A DNA stretch of 64,000 nt from Macrostomum lignano (taxonomy: Eukaryota), in NCBI GenBank assembly GCA_002269645.1, contig NIVC01000094.1, positions 62,001 to 126,000 of the forward strand, read 5' to 3'. The notes under the pieces are model-generated. The model was given only the letters and a program-made list of their open reading frames with translations. It ran no database searches and was not told the DNA's origin. A program made the translations under genes and the position numbers. This document shows, piece after piece, positions 1 through 13,608 of this stretch; position 1 is the stretch's first letter; every line of letters begins with the position of its first letter.

Positions 1-9
1 CGCTCCCAG

Positions 10-704
10 GTGAAAATCTGGTTTCAGAACCATCGCTACAAGTGCAAGCGCGCCTCCAAGGACAAGAGCGGCGGCGGCGGCGGCGGCGGCGACACCAGCA
101 GCCTGAACACGTCCAAGGACTCGAACTCCAGCTCGGGCGGCCACAACCACCGCTCGCCCAAGGCCGGCGGGCCGCACGTGAAAAGTGAAAAATCCGGCGG
201 CGGACATCCGCAGCACCAGCTGCACCATCAGCACCAGCTGCAGCACCATCCCGGCTCTGCTTCGTCTATCGACCGGGCCGCGGCCGCTGCCGCTGCTGCA
301 GCGGCTGCCGCGGCAGCTGCCGCCGCCTCTGGAGACCTCGCCGGCGGAGGAGCTGGAGGCGTCAGCGGCGCCGGCAGCGGCGGAGCCGGGCAGCTGGGCC
401 TGGAGCACCATCACCTGCACCACCACCTGCACCACAAGCAGACGGGCGACGGCAAGCTGTCGGAGAACAGCGGCCTGTCCACCCCGCCGGAGTTCACTGC
501 CACAACGTCGCCGCACTTCGGCCACCACCTGCAGCAGCAGCAGCAGTTGGCTCAGCAGCAGCAGCAGCAGCACCCCACGCGCAGCAGCTGATGCAGCAGC
601 ACCAGATGCATCACCCGATGCACCACCCTGGAGCCGCGGCCGCCGCAGCCGCCGGCGCCGCCGCTTTCCCAATGCTCGGCGCCTCCAGGCAGGGCGTCTG
701 GTAG
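10..704 (+). CDS. NKX2-1: NK2-class homeobox protein (Nkx2.1/scarecrow-like), last coding exon, with a 1-bp frameshift at ~573-576
   Basis: Exon opens after cgctcccag with VKIWFQNHRYKCKR (homeodomain helix 3; Tyr54 is diagnostic of NK2; HRYKCKR as in scro/Nkx2.1). Poly-G/A/H/Q tracts follow. Frame 1 stops at 589-591, but adding one C to the run at 573-576 gives HPHAQQLMQQHQMHHPMHHPG...RQGVW* ending at TAG 702-704, like the GxW/RxW C-termini of NK2 proteins. Confidence 0.85.
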
Positions 705-3700
705 GCGCCTGGTGCACCACGAAGGCTGCCGGCCGGCGCATCCAGCCGGGAGATTCCAATGCAAACCCCAATCAGCTCTCTTTCTGACTGAGCCGAACTC
801 AACCGTTCTGTGTGCCCCGCACAGAGCCCCCTCTCTTGTTCTGTCATCGGCCTCCCAAACCTATATAAGCTTCATCAGTAGTTTTTATTTGATTTGCTTC
901 ATTTGTCTGTCCGATTTCTGTAAAACTGGACACTGCAGTTGCACCCAATGCCCCCTACCTACGCGTCTCAATGCACACCTGCGGCCGGAGATCTACCTGT
1001 CCATGCTTATGCCTGTAAGTGTACATACCGCGGGCAGCGTCTGTCGTACGTAGATTATAAACACAACTATATATGCTAATCGAGCACCTGCAACGCCCAA
1101 TGCACATCTGTTTGAATTCAACCCTCAAGCCTGTTGCAGAAGAGAAATCCCACAGAACGAAAATATCCCCCTGTACCGCTTCTTGCTTGGAAAACTTTAT
1201 CCTTAATTGTTGCTATTGCTATTATGCTAAAAACCTGCTTCATTCTCAGTGTCTGTCCGTTGCCCTTCGCTGCGTGTTCTTGGAATATCCTGTCTAAATT
1301 ATACCAACTCGAACTAATACAAATCCTATCAATTCAAAATGCTTCAATGCCATCGTGGAAGTGTGCAAGTCTCCATCAAGTATGCGTTTGTTTCTGCTTT
1401 TTTTTAACTATGAAAAATTGAAGCAGATATAAAAGCAGCAAAACGGGTATATTTAAGCGAATTCAATTTGACAACTCAGACAGCACAATACAAATTGAGA
1501 TTAAGATAGTGAGCAGGCAGTTTGCTGAGTATAAAATGAATGCGGCACAGCCCCCAATGCCCCTACTGCTGCTTGCTTCTCTCAAGCTCTTCTTATCCAT
1601 GCTGAGCCAGTCTCAGACCTTTGCCGCCTTCGCGCACTCAACCCGACCTGCTCAGCAGCTCCCAGCGGGAGGTCCCTCTTATGCTCGATTGTCTCTGGCT
1701 CGAGAGTTCACCGCAGTTCACCAGGAGTGCCGCCCCCCCCCCCAGTTAGAGTCCCTATCTCAACAGCGAGCCCTGGCATGCTGGTATGGCAACCGCTGTT
1801 GTGCGCGGCGAGATGCTTTTCAGATACAGAGAGGGGGAGCGCGCAGAGGCTCTGGCTGTGGCTGCCTGCTCAACAATAACTAAGCATTGAGTTTGAGGCT
1901 TTGAGCAGCTCGGCCAGGGCCGGGGCCGAGCATCGAGTGACGTCACAGCAGGGGGAGGGGAGGAGCAGAGGCGGGAGAGAGGCAGGAGGGCACGCGCCCC
2001 CATCTCAAGCTGTTTCGTATCCCCCTTTTCGTGGCACCCAAACTGTGTTTCGTGCTGCTTCTACACCTGGTGGGAGGCGTGGGGATTCTTCCCGCAAAAT
2101 TGCTCCGCTGGCCATACGGCGAGGGGCCATACGGTGCCCCCCACGATTTTCTTATCCTAAGAACTCAGTTTTGCTTGCAAGAAAATCGCTTTGCTGCACG
2201 AGAGCCGTTCTGACTGCTGGGAATCGCGGGAGGCGAAAAGCTAGAAGCTCATCCTGTTCCGCTCAACAGGGAGACCAGATCGAACAAAGAAAAGCTATCC
2301 CTGCTATGAGGAGAAGGGAGAAATGAGGACACAGACCTGCTCAACAGAAGTCAAGTGGCACACAGCTCAGGTAAACCCAGGAAGCGGGGAGTTCGCATCC
2401 CGCACCTGTCGAATGGGTGAAAAAAAGTTCAGTTCAGGCGAACTTCAGCAGCGCTGGCATCCGAGAGCCGCTTCGATCCGGCCGGGCAAAAAAAGTGGAA
2501 AAATGCGGCCAAAAGCAGAAGCGTCCAACAATTCCTTGGCAGCCCCCCCAACCTGCCCATGCAGCTCTCCAGAGCCGCGTCTGCTTCCTGTGCGGGCTGC
2601 AAAACCCCGTGTGGAAATTTTGCCACCAGCAGCGCCTGCTTGAAGTGGCCGAGAGCCGTCAGTGTGTCTGGGAGCAAGCACCAGCTCTAGCTGGGCATGA
2701 GTTGGGGGGGATATTTTTGGACAGACACGGCAGGGGAGGAGCGACCCAAATGCGGAGATCCTCCATGTGCAGTTTTTGCACCTGAGATCAGCTTGAGTCA
2801 CTGCAGCCGCTGCAGGCCAAGCGGCAGTGCACTTGGGTGGCGGGGGTGCGAGCTCAGGCCCTTAGCGATTCTTTCTGAAGAGATCCCTGCCTGCGCGGCC
2901 TGATGCACCTCGCTCCCCCTGCGCGGCCCGCTAGACCTAAACGCTTCCTTCCGGCAATCCCGCAGCAGCAGCAGCAGCAGCAGCAGATACAGCCAGCTCA
3001 CAGAGAGTTGCCTGGAAAAAACCGGGGCTTCCTCCGTGCAGCAACACAGACGGGCTGTTAAAACGCAGCCGTATAATGGGGGGGGGCCAGAGCGCAGAAA
3101 GGAAGGATAAGAAATTTCTTAACACCTTTTTTCTCTGGCTAAGCCAAGGACTTGGAGATCCACAACGGGAAAGGAGGCGGGCTGGAGAAGTTCAGAGCGG
3201 GGTGAATGGAGGGGACCTGAACTCTCCCAGCGACCGGGGCACTGCGCGCTGTCGGTTGCCTCGCGCGCAAATCTGGCTTGTAGAAAAAGTCTTGGTAGGG
3301 GAGAATTCTCCCACGCCAAACTGGCATCCCAGCTTGCTGGAAAACTGCAGGCATGGGGAGACGAGCTCGCAGAGCGGAGAGGACGTCACGAGGATAATTT
3401 GAGGAAAATCGCATGCATCCCCACTGCACAATAGGGGGGGGGGGAGAATGACAGAGAGATGATGAGGCAGTTTGGGAGGCTGGGTGTGAGGGCTGTCAGT
3501 GATACAACTTTCACAACACATTCCAGTCGGCCCCCACAGCGCCCGCCTTGCGTGCCCGCCCGGGCCGCGCTGGCGCCACAGAATCTGGGGGCGATTACGT
3601 GAAATTTTTAGATTGGGAAGAGAGACGCGGATTTGGGTGTGGGAGCTGTAATCGCAGGGGGGACGCTTGGAACGGAAGGGAGGCCGCAGTGATTGACAGG

Positions 3701-4067
3701 TTAGAAATGAGTGAGGAGTGGGGGAGAGGGCAGGGGAATGGATGGAATTCCCCCCGCTGAGCAGGTTCTCACCTTCTCAATCTTATTTGGCGCATAACTA
3801 TCTGAGGCTGAAACCGACTCGCTGAATAAGTCATGAGCTGTGATTGAGCTGAGCTGGAGTATGGGCCTCGGGTCTCAAACAAAACCGCCCCGTGAATTCC
3901 AAATCTAAATCGTTTCTTAGAAACACCAGAGAGTTCCAGTTTTTGCAGTAGGGTCTCGAAATTCAAAAGCACCGAGCTTCAACGATCCGGGCTTGCGGAG
4001 TGCGTCTGGCAGTTCCGGCTCTGAAATGTGGGGGGGGCATTGCGGTTTGAAAGGTTTTCAGTAAGTG

Positions 4068-4712
4068 CATGAGTTAGTTAATGAGTTCATGAGTTTATGA
4101 GTGAGTTTATGAGTGAGTTCATGAGTTTATGAGTGAGTTCATGAGTTTATGAGTGAGTTCATGAGTTTATGAGTGAGTTCATGAGTTTATGAGTGAGTTC
4201 ATGAGTTTATGAGTGAGTTCATGAGTTTATGAGTGAGTTCATGAGTTTATGAGTGAGTTCATGAGTTTATGAGTGAGTTCATGAGTTTATGAGTGAGTTC
4301 ATGAGTTTATGAGTGAGTTCATGAGTTTATGAGTGAGTTCATGAGTTTATGTGTGAGTTCATGAGTTTATGAGTGAGTTCATGAGTTTATGAGTGAGTTC
4401 ATGAGTTTATGAGTGAGTTCATGAGTTTATGAATTTATGAGTTATTGAGTTCATGAGTTTGTGAGTTCATGAGTTTATGAGTTCATGAGTGAGTTCATGA
4501 GTGAGTTCATGAGTGAGTTCATGAGTTCATGAGTGAGTTCATGAGTGAGTTCATGAGTGAGTTCATGAGTGAGTTCATGAGTTCATGAGTTCATGAGTGA
4601 GTTCATGAGTGAGTTCATGAGTTCATGAGTTCATGAGTGAGTTCATGAGTGAGTTCATGAGTTCATGAGTTCATGAGTGAGTTCATGAGTGAGTTCATGA
4701 GTTCATGAGTTA
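4068..4712. repeat. Minisatellite, 20-bp unit gagtgagttcatgagtttat grading into 12/8-bp units
   Basis: Tandem repeat read directly. Confidence 0.95.
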
Positions 4713-5599
4713 GTTCAAAGAATGAGTCTCGTGAACTTTTAGCTCGCCGAACGCCAGCGCTTCGGCGAATCGCTCATTTCTCCCGGACGCACGGCAGGCA
4801 GATTCCGTGCGGCAGTTCTCTCCAATCAGGGGTCCCCTTTCGAATCGCCTCTTGCCTTAGGCTTAATCTGCAACTCTTCCCAAAATTTCTTCGAAATTTC
4901 ATCCCATTCAATGCACAAACTGATCCCACCAAGTAGCCATGGATACCCAAGTCTCACCTGCAGCTGTAGTCCATGGTCTCGCATGGAAGCCTCGGCACAG
5001 TGCCTGCCAGTTTGGCCACCACGGCCCGGCAGCCAGAGCTCCGTTGGGCCGGTGGGTCGCCTTCAACGCCCCGTTTCACACACTTTATATAACGGCGACA
5101 GGAGAGGGGAGGGAGAAGAATGGGAATTAGAAGGGCCCCTTTGCCCCCCTCTCGGAGGCCCGAGGACCTCCTTCTCCTCTTCTGGCGTGTCCTCTCGGCC
5201 TCCAGTTGCTGCGTCGGCCTCTCCTCAGCCACAATGTGAAGAGCTTGTAAAGTGCACTTTCCAGGTCTTATCCGTAATACTCTATGGGGATCTTGATTCG
5301 GAACCCCGCCAGCTCCTCCAATCGCCCCCCCTCGACTGGCTGAGGGCTTGTTGGCCGGGGTCTTCGCCCCGCTGAGCTGCTCCTGAGAAACGGCGCAGCT
5401 GAGCTGGGGGGGAGGCGCCACTTCATCTTGCCCGCCTTGGCAGCGGAGCCTCAAGTGGCTTGGGACAAATGTTTGATTTTTGCGTGGAGGCTTCCCAGCT
5501 ACCACCCCCCCCCGACAGGGCGCCTTCATCCCCTCCAAATCCTTAAGCCGTGCGCGTCCCAATCTCTTAATAATCCGCCTCGCCGTTTCCCACCCGTGC

Positions 5600-5600
<1 letters not shown>

Positions 5601-5644
<44 letters not shown>
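5601..5644. repeat. (TC)n microsatellite
   Basis: About 22 perfect TC units. Confidence 0.95.
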
Positions 5645-5646
<2 letters not shown>

Positions 5647-6369
5647 CCCCGGGGCGCTGGAGGTTCTGCGCGCTTGCGCGCTTACTCGCGCGCAGGACTC
5701 GCGCAACTCACCCCCCCCCCCTGTTCCCTCTCTCGGGGGGAGTGGAGATTATTTATAAGGCGATATTTAGCGAGTGAAAACTGGGGGCTGGCTGTCTCGG
5801 ACAGAACATGCAGGCGGCGGCAGGGGATTTAACTAATCTCTGCAGAGAGACCCGGGAGCAAACAGAGGGAAGCCCTAAGTGGTTTGGGTTTGCCGTGGCA
5901 GCTCGAACTCGGAAAACATCACGGACCAGGAGGGGGGTGGTTCGAACTCAGAGCTCACACAGCTCAAGAGAGCCGCCTGAATTACAATAGGAAATATTGG
6001 CGATTGGAGAAATTGGAGTTCATTGTTGCCAGGCTCAGCTTCAGCGAGAACCGATGAGGGTCGGGAGGTGGGGGACAAGTCAGTTCATCTCGATCGGGTA
6101 TTGAGGCCTTTCAAATAAATAAGTCTTTGTTTAGAACGGCATTTTGCTGAGTCTTTATGTTTTTTGTGGTTTTATTAAGAAAAAAGTTGCAATTTCGCGT
6201 TAATATCCCTGCATATCAAGGCTGTGAGGCAATTGGACCCCTACTGTTCCATTGAGCAATTTATCGACAAGAATATCTATTGGGAGTATTGGGGTGGGGA
6301 CTGCAGGCTGAGTATCCGGGTCGGGGTCGACTATTAAACCATTGAGCGCTGGCCTGATTGAAATCGGCG

Positions 6370-6765
6370 CTGAATTTTGGCGCTACGAAGGCTACCTTTC
6401 TGGCGCTTGAAACATTAAAGGTTTGGCGCTAATGAAAATTAATGATTTGGCGCTAATGACATTAAAGGTTTGACGCTAATGAAACTATTGATTTGGCACT
6501 AATGAAATTAGTGATTTGGCGCTAATGACATTTAAAGATTTGGCGCTAATGAAAATTAAAAGTTTGGCGCTAATACGAGCCGTAACATTAAGGATTTGGC
6601 GCTAATGAGATTAAAGATTTGGCGCTAATGATATTGAAGATCTGGCGCTAAGATCATTAAAGATTTGGCGCTTATGATATTGAAGATCTGGCGCTAATGA
6701 CATTGAAGATCTGGCGCTAATGACACTAAAGTGTTGGCGCTGCTGATGTTTTTGGCGCCAAAACG
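6370..6765. repeat. Degenerate ~23-bp minisatellite with core tttggcgctaatga
   Basis: About 17 spaced copies of (t/g)(t/c)tggcgct, ending in the palindrome ttttggcgccaaaa. Confidence 0.85.
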
Positions 6766-7621
6766 CAAAGTTTATTAGTCCAGCATCCGAGAGCATGCTG
6801 CTTCATCAACTCCCCCAGTCGGTGCCGATCAGTTTACCAATTTCCTGCCAGGAAAATTTCCTGGAAAACCGAAACCTTGAATACTAATCTATTTTTATCC
6901 CAGATCAGCATATTAACGCTAGGATCTTGCATGAAAAGTCTGGAAATGCAACACAGCCCCCCGCACCCCGCTGTCCACTCCGAGGACCTCGGCTGTCCGG
7001 AGCCGCTGTGAGGCGCGCGGGCAGTCGGGTCTCGGGCTGGCTGACCAATCAATTCCTCCCCCAAGCTGCCACTTCAGGCCAGTCAAGGCGCTCTCAGAGA
7101 AGTCTCAGGAGTCCCCCCGCCGCCCGCTGACCAACTCAACTTGCTGGCTGAGACCGTGGGTTATTTTGGTGGGCCTTTCGCCAACTGAATGCATTTGGGG
7201 GGGGGGGGCTGAAGGATTGGAGGAGGAAAACTTTCGCTTTTGCCAATTTTCTTCAACTTCTCCCTCACAGCAAGCACCTGGGGGACGGTGAAGAGGGGGG
7301 GCGGCGGCCTCTCCCGGCCACTCGAGGGTCCCCGGGGCCGGTGAAGTGCCTTCATTTGTTGCAGAAGTGTGGTCCTGGGCAGGCAGCAGCAGCAGCAGAG
7401 GGCGGGGGGACAAGAGACCCCCCGCTCAGAAATTTGGCCACTTTGATAGCCGAGGGAGTTCGGGGCTGTTGACCCGCCCGCTTTCAAAATACTTGGGCGG
7501 CGGAAGTTTCAATATTTTGAGAAAATTGTGAGCGATTGGGCTGCTAATCTTTATTAGCCAGGACTGAAGATTTCCCAATGGCGGGGATGTCAATCATGCT
7601 AAGGGAAAGTTTGTTGCCAGA

Positions 7622-8444
7622 AGACACACAGACCATCAAGTCAGACGGACATGCCAGACACACAGAACATCAAGTCAGACGGACATGCCAGACACACAGA
7701 CCATCAAGTCAGACGGACATGCCAGACACACAGACCATCAAGTCAGACGGACATGCCAGACACACAGATCATCAAGTCAGACGGACATGTCAGACACACA
7801 GATCATCAAGTCAGACGGACATGCCAGACACACAGACCATCAAGTCAGACGGACATACCAGACACACAGATCATCAAGTCAGACGGACATGCCAGACACA
7901 CAGAACATCAAGTCAGACGGACATGTCAGACACACAGAACATCAAGTCAGACGGACATGTCAGACACACAGAACATCAAGTCAGACGGACATGCCAGACA
8001 CACAGAACATCAAGTCAGACGGACATGCCAGACACACAGACCATCAAGTCAGACGGACATGCCAGACACACAGAACATCAAGTCAGACGGACATGCCAGA
8101 CACACAGAACATCAAGTCAGACGGACATGCCAGACACACAGAACATCAAGTCAGACGGACATGCCAGACACACAGAACATCAAGTCAGACGGACATGTCA
8201 GACACACAGAACATCAAGTCAGACGGACATGCCAGACACACAGAACATCAAGTCAGACGGACATGTCAGACACACAGAACATCAAGTCAGACGGACATGC
8301 CAGACACACAGAACATCAAGTCAGACGGACATGCCAGACACACAGAACATCAAGTCAGACGGACATGTCAGACACACAGAACATCAAGTCAGACGGACAT
8401 GCCAGACACACAGAACATCAAGTCAGACGGACATGTCAGACACA
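7622..8444. repeat. 34-bp minisatellite cacacagaacatcaagtcagacggacatgccaga
   Basis: Tandem array read directly. Confidence 0.95.
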
Positions 8445-9269
8445 GTGTATTATTAAAGGGGATACCGCCGTGAGAAATCGGCCCATCAGAAATCGGGAAC
8501 AAAATCCGAAATCCCGCACGCGGCAAATATTTGACCCCAGCCGGACCTCCGGCCTCGCGGCCTTGCATTTCCGATTGACTTCGCCAGCGAACCGCCAGCC
8601 CCGGCCACGTGCCCGATGGCGGGCAGGAGGCTGGAGCGACACTCGCTGGCTGGCTTTCAGCGCACAAGACGAGCCCCCGCGCCCAGCTGCTGCAGGGCGA
8701 TCGAAATTCTCCAAGCAGTCTGGGGGTGGGCGGAGCCGCTAATTGAGGCTGGCGACCCCCCCTCACCAGAGAGCCGAAAAACAATGCAAATTAGGGGGGC
8801 TGAAGGCAAACACTTCGCGACCTGCCAGTCAATGGCTAAAATGGGAGGCACAATGGGGATTACTCTGAGTAACTGGCGGGTCAGGCCACTCGATCAGATC
8901 CTGTTGGCAAACAGTTAGAGACTGTTTTAGTGCTCTGGCCTGGACTGATTGACTGCGGAATCCCGAGCTCCAGAATCCATCATCATCAGCCAGCATTAAT
9001 CCCCATCAGCGTGACGTGACACTCCAAATTGGCTCTGCTTTTGTGTCTCCTCCCATTTTCTGGTGCAATGGTAGGACAATGCAACTGCTGAGAACAATGG
9101 CCAGCTACCCGTGCCCAGATCGGAATTCATCGGGTGCTAATGGAGTTGTTGGGGAAAAATCTGCTAACTGAAATTGGGAGAATTTCAGCCATTAGATATA
9201 TGGGATTGATTGGGAGTGATTTGCCCTGCACTGCAACTTGCACCGATTTTATATCAGTTTATATTATAC

Positions 9270-10120
9270 CAATCAGTCTATGGCTGTTGCAATCAGTCTA
9301 TGGCTGTTGCAATCAGTCTATGGCTGTTGCAATTAGTCTATGGCTGTTGCAATCAGTCTATGGCTGTTGCAATCAGTCTATGGCTGTTGCAATTAGTCTA
9401 TGGCTGTTGCAATTAGTCTATGGCTGTTGCAATCAGTCTATGGCTGTTGCAATCAGTCTATGGCTGTTACAATCAATCTTTGGCTGTCGCAATCAGTCTA
9501 TGGCTGTTGCAATCAATCTATGGCTGTTGCAATCAATCTATGGCTGTTGCAATCAATCTATGGCTGTTGCAATCAATCTATGGCTGTTGCAATCAGTCTA
9601 TGGCTGTTGCAATCAGTCTATGGCTGTTGCAATCTATCTATGGCTGTTGCAATCAGTCTATGGCTGTTGCAATCAGTCTATGGCTGTTGCAATCAGTCTA
9701 TGGTTGTTGCAATCAGTCTATGGCTGTTGCAATCAGTCTATGGCTGTTGCAATTAGTCTATGGCTGTTGCAATCAGTCTATGGCTGTTGCAATCAGTCTA
9801 TGGCTGTTGCAATTAGTCTATGGCTGTTGCAATTAGTCTATGGCTGTTGCAATCAGTCTATGGCTGTTGCAATCAGTCTATGGCTGTTACAATCAATCTT
9901 TGGCTGTCGCAATCAGTCTATGGCTGTTGCAATCAATCTATGGCTGTTGCAATCAATCTATGGATGTTGCAATCAATCTATGGCTGTTGCAATCAATCTT
10001 TGGCTGTTGCAATCAATATATTGCTGTTTCAATCAGTCTATGGGTGTTGCAATCAATCTATGGCTGTTGCAATCAGTCTATGGCTGTTGCAATCAATTTA
10101 TGGCTGTTGCAATCAGTCTA
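9270..10120. repeat. 20-bp minisatellite aatcagtctatggctgttgc
   Basis: Tandem array; a rare variant recurs at a 420-bp offset. Confidence 0.95.
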
Positions 10121-11160
10121 CGGGTGTTGGAACTATTTTCTGAATGCTTTATCCTAATATCTCATTAGAACTTTGGTAGCAGTTGGCACTAAAAAACAAA
10201 GCAATCATGAATATCATATTTCTGCGCCGAAAACTCTGAAACAAACTCCACCCAAACCCGGGAAAAAGAAGATATTCTATTGGGAAGCAAAGAAGGCTGT
10301 CTCCCCAGAAAGCAGCATGGGAACCCCGTCAGTGCCGGGCGCCAGCAGTTGGGGGGGGGGAGTCTCGTATCCGAAATCAAAATGGAAGAAGTTGGAAAAA
10401 AATCCCCACAAGCGAAAGGCAATGGGAGACCCCGGCACAACTAAGAAACAATATTAAGTCGGTAGACGGTTCCTGTATTTTTGGGGAAGACAAAAAAAGC
10501 TGAATCCCATTTGCGAGTAGACCGGGGACTGGGAGCCTCCCCCGGACCGTCAGCTGGAGGCGCGCAGGCCGGCTGTGGGAGAAAAGGGAATACGGGAGCA
10601 CGGCCGCTGCCCGATGTGTTTAAAAACTGACAGCCCCACCCCCCCCTGCTCAAAAAGCAGCAGGCGGACTCGCTACCCACTTTCTCAATTTCTTTCTTTC
10701 ATTGTGTCGAAGAGCCCCCCGTTACTGAGCCCCGAAGGCCCTCCGTCGCTAAGCGCTGACTGGCCTTCGAGACTTGGAGTGTCCTCTTGAACACTTCTCA
10801 ACAGCGCCGGGAGGGTGCACCGCGCCCGGCTCGAAGTTCTCGAAGTGGACAGAGAAAAAGTCGAGTCTCCGGGGGAGTCGGGCCGGGGAGGTGACTGACT
10901 GGGGGCTCCATGGCACCTGGAGCTGCTCAACTTGAGTCCAAATTTGAAGCAACTGCGGCTTGCTTGAGGCTGCAATCTCTGTAAAATTATTCCCTTCTAG
11001 CAGCCTGGGTTATCCGATCTCCCCCTCTCCATCCCAAATCTCACCCCCTCTATCCCCAATCTCATCCTCTCTATCCCCAATCTCACCCTCTCTATCCCCA
11101 ATCTCATCTTCTCTATCTCCAATCACATCCTCTCAATCCCTAATCTCACCCTCTCCATCA

Positions 11161-11720
11161 CACACAGACAGACACACAGAACATCAAGTCAGACGGACAT
11201 GTCAGACACACAGAACATCAAGTCAGACGGACATGTCAGACACACAGAACATCAAGTCAGACGGACATGCCAGACACACAGAACATCAAGTCAGACGGAC
11301 ATGCCAGACACACAGACCATCAAGTCAGACGGACATGCCAGACACACAGAACATCAAGTCAGACGGACATGCCAGACACACAGAACATCAAGTCAGACGG
11401 ACATGCCAGACACACAGAACATCAAGTCAGACGGACATGCCAGACACACAGAACATCAAGTCAGACGGACATGTCAGACACACAGAACATCAAGTCAGAC
11501 GGACATGCCAGACACACAGAACATCAAGTCAGACGGACATGTCAGACACACAGAACATCAAGTCAGACGGACATGCCAGACACACAGAACATCAAGTCAG
11601 ACGGACATGCCAGACACACAGAACATCAAGTCAGACGGACATGTCAGACACACAGAACATCAAGTCAGACGGACATGCCAGACACACAGAACATCAAGTC
11701 AGACGGACATGTCAGACACA
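11161..11720. repeat. 34-bp minisatellite, second copy
   Basis: Same unit as 7622-8444. Confidence 0.95.
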
Positions 11721-12525
11721 GTGTATTATTAAAGGGGATACCGCCGTGAGAAATCGGCCCATCAGAAATCGGGAACAAAATCCGAAATCCCGCACGCGGC
11801 AAATATTTGACCCCAGCCGGACCTCCGGCCTCGCGGCCTTGCATTTCCGATTGACTTCGCCAGCGAACCGCCAGCCCCGGCCACGTGCCCGATGGCGGGC
11901 AGGAGGCTGGAGCGACACTCGCTGGCTGGCTTTCAGCGCACAAGACGAGCCCCCGCGCCCAGCTGCTGCAGGGCGATCGAAATTCTCCAAGCAGTCTGGG
12001 GGGTGGGCGGAGCCGCTAATTGAGGCTGGCGACCCCCCCTCACCAGAGAGCCGAAAAACAATGCAAATTAGGGGGGCTGAAGGCAAACACTTCGCGACCT
12101 GCCAGTCAATGGCTAAAATGGGAGGCACAATGGGGATTACTCTGAGTAACTGGCGGGTCAGGCCACTCGATCAGATCCTGTTGGCAAACAGTTAGAGACT
12201 GTTTTAGTGCTCTGGCCTGGACTGATTGACTGCGGAATCCCGAGCTCCAGAATCCATCATCATCAGCCAGCATTAATCCCCATCAGCGTGACGTGACACT
12301 CCAAATTGGCTCTGCTTTTGTGTCTCCTCCCATTTTCTGGTGCAATGGTAGGACAATGCAACTGCTGAGAACAATGGCCAGCTACCCGTGCCCAGATCGG
12401 AATTCATCGGGTGCTAATGGAGTTGTTGGGGAAAAATCTGCTAACTGAAATTGGGAGAATTTCAGCCATTAGATATATGGGATTGATTGGGAGTGATTTG
12501 CCCTGCACTGCAACTTGCACCGATT

Positions 12526-13608
12526 TTATGGCTGTTGCAATCAATCTATGGCTGTTGCAATCAATCTATGGCTGTTGCAATCAGTCTATGGCTGTTGCAA
12601 TCAGTCTATGGCTGTTGCAATCAATCTATGGCTGTTGCAATCAATCTATGGCTGTTGCAATCAGTCTATGGCTGTTGCAATCAGTCTATGGCTGTTGCAA
12701 TCTATCTATGGCTGTTGCAATCAGTCTATGGCTGTTGCAATTAGTCTATGGCTGTTGCAATCAGTCTATGGCTGTTGCAATCAGTCTATGGCTGTTGCAA
12801 TCAGTCTATGGCTGTTGCAATTAGTCTATGGCTGTTGCAATCAGTCTATGGCTGTTGCAATCAGTCTATGGCTGTTGCAATTAGTCTATGGCTGTTGCAA
12901 TTAGTCTATGGCTGTTGCAATCAGTCTATGGCTGTTGCAATCAGTCTATGGCTGTTACAATCAATCTTTGGCTGTCGCAATCAGTCTATGGCTGTTGCAA
13001 TCAATCTATGGCTGTTGCAATCAATCTATGGCTGTTGCAATCAATCTATGGCTGTTGCAATCAATCTATGGCTGTTGCAATCAGTCTATGGCTGTTGCAA
13101 TCAGTCTATGGCTGTTGCAATCTATCTATGGCTGTTGCAATCAGTCTATGGCTGTTGCAATTAGTCTATGGCTGTTGCAATCAGTCTATGGCTGTTGCAA
13201 TCAGTCTATGGCTGTTGCAATCAGTCTATGGCTGTTGCAATTAGTCTATGGCTGTTGCAATCAGTCTATGGCTGTTGCAATCAGTCTATGGCTGTTGCAA
13301 TTAGTCTATGGCTGTTGCAATTAGTCTATGGCTGTTGCAATCAGTCTATGGCTGTTGCAATCAGTCTATGGCTGTTACAATCAATCTTTGGCTGTCGCAA
13401 TCAGTCTATGGCTGTTGCAATCAATCTATGGCTGTTGCAATCAATCTATGGCTGTTGCAATCAATCTATGGCTGTTGCAATCAATCTATGGCTGTTGCAA
13501 TCAGTCTATGGCTGTTGCAATCAGTCTATGGCTGTTGCAATCTATCTATGGCTGTTGCAATCAGTCTATGGCTGTTGCAATCAGTCTATGGCTGTTGCAA
13601 TCAGTCTA
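12526..13608. repeat. 20-bp minisatellite, second copy
   Basis: Same unit as 9270-10120, longer array. Confidence 0.95.

Noticed and set aside
2340-5460. TCAAGTG NK2-binding motifs downstream of the NK2 gene (autoregulation)
   Set aside because: A few isolated 7-mers are within chance expectation.
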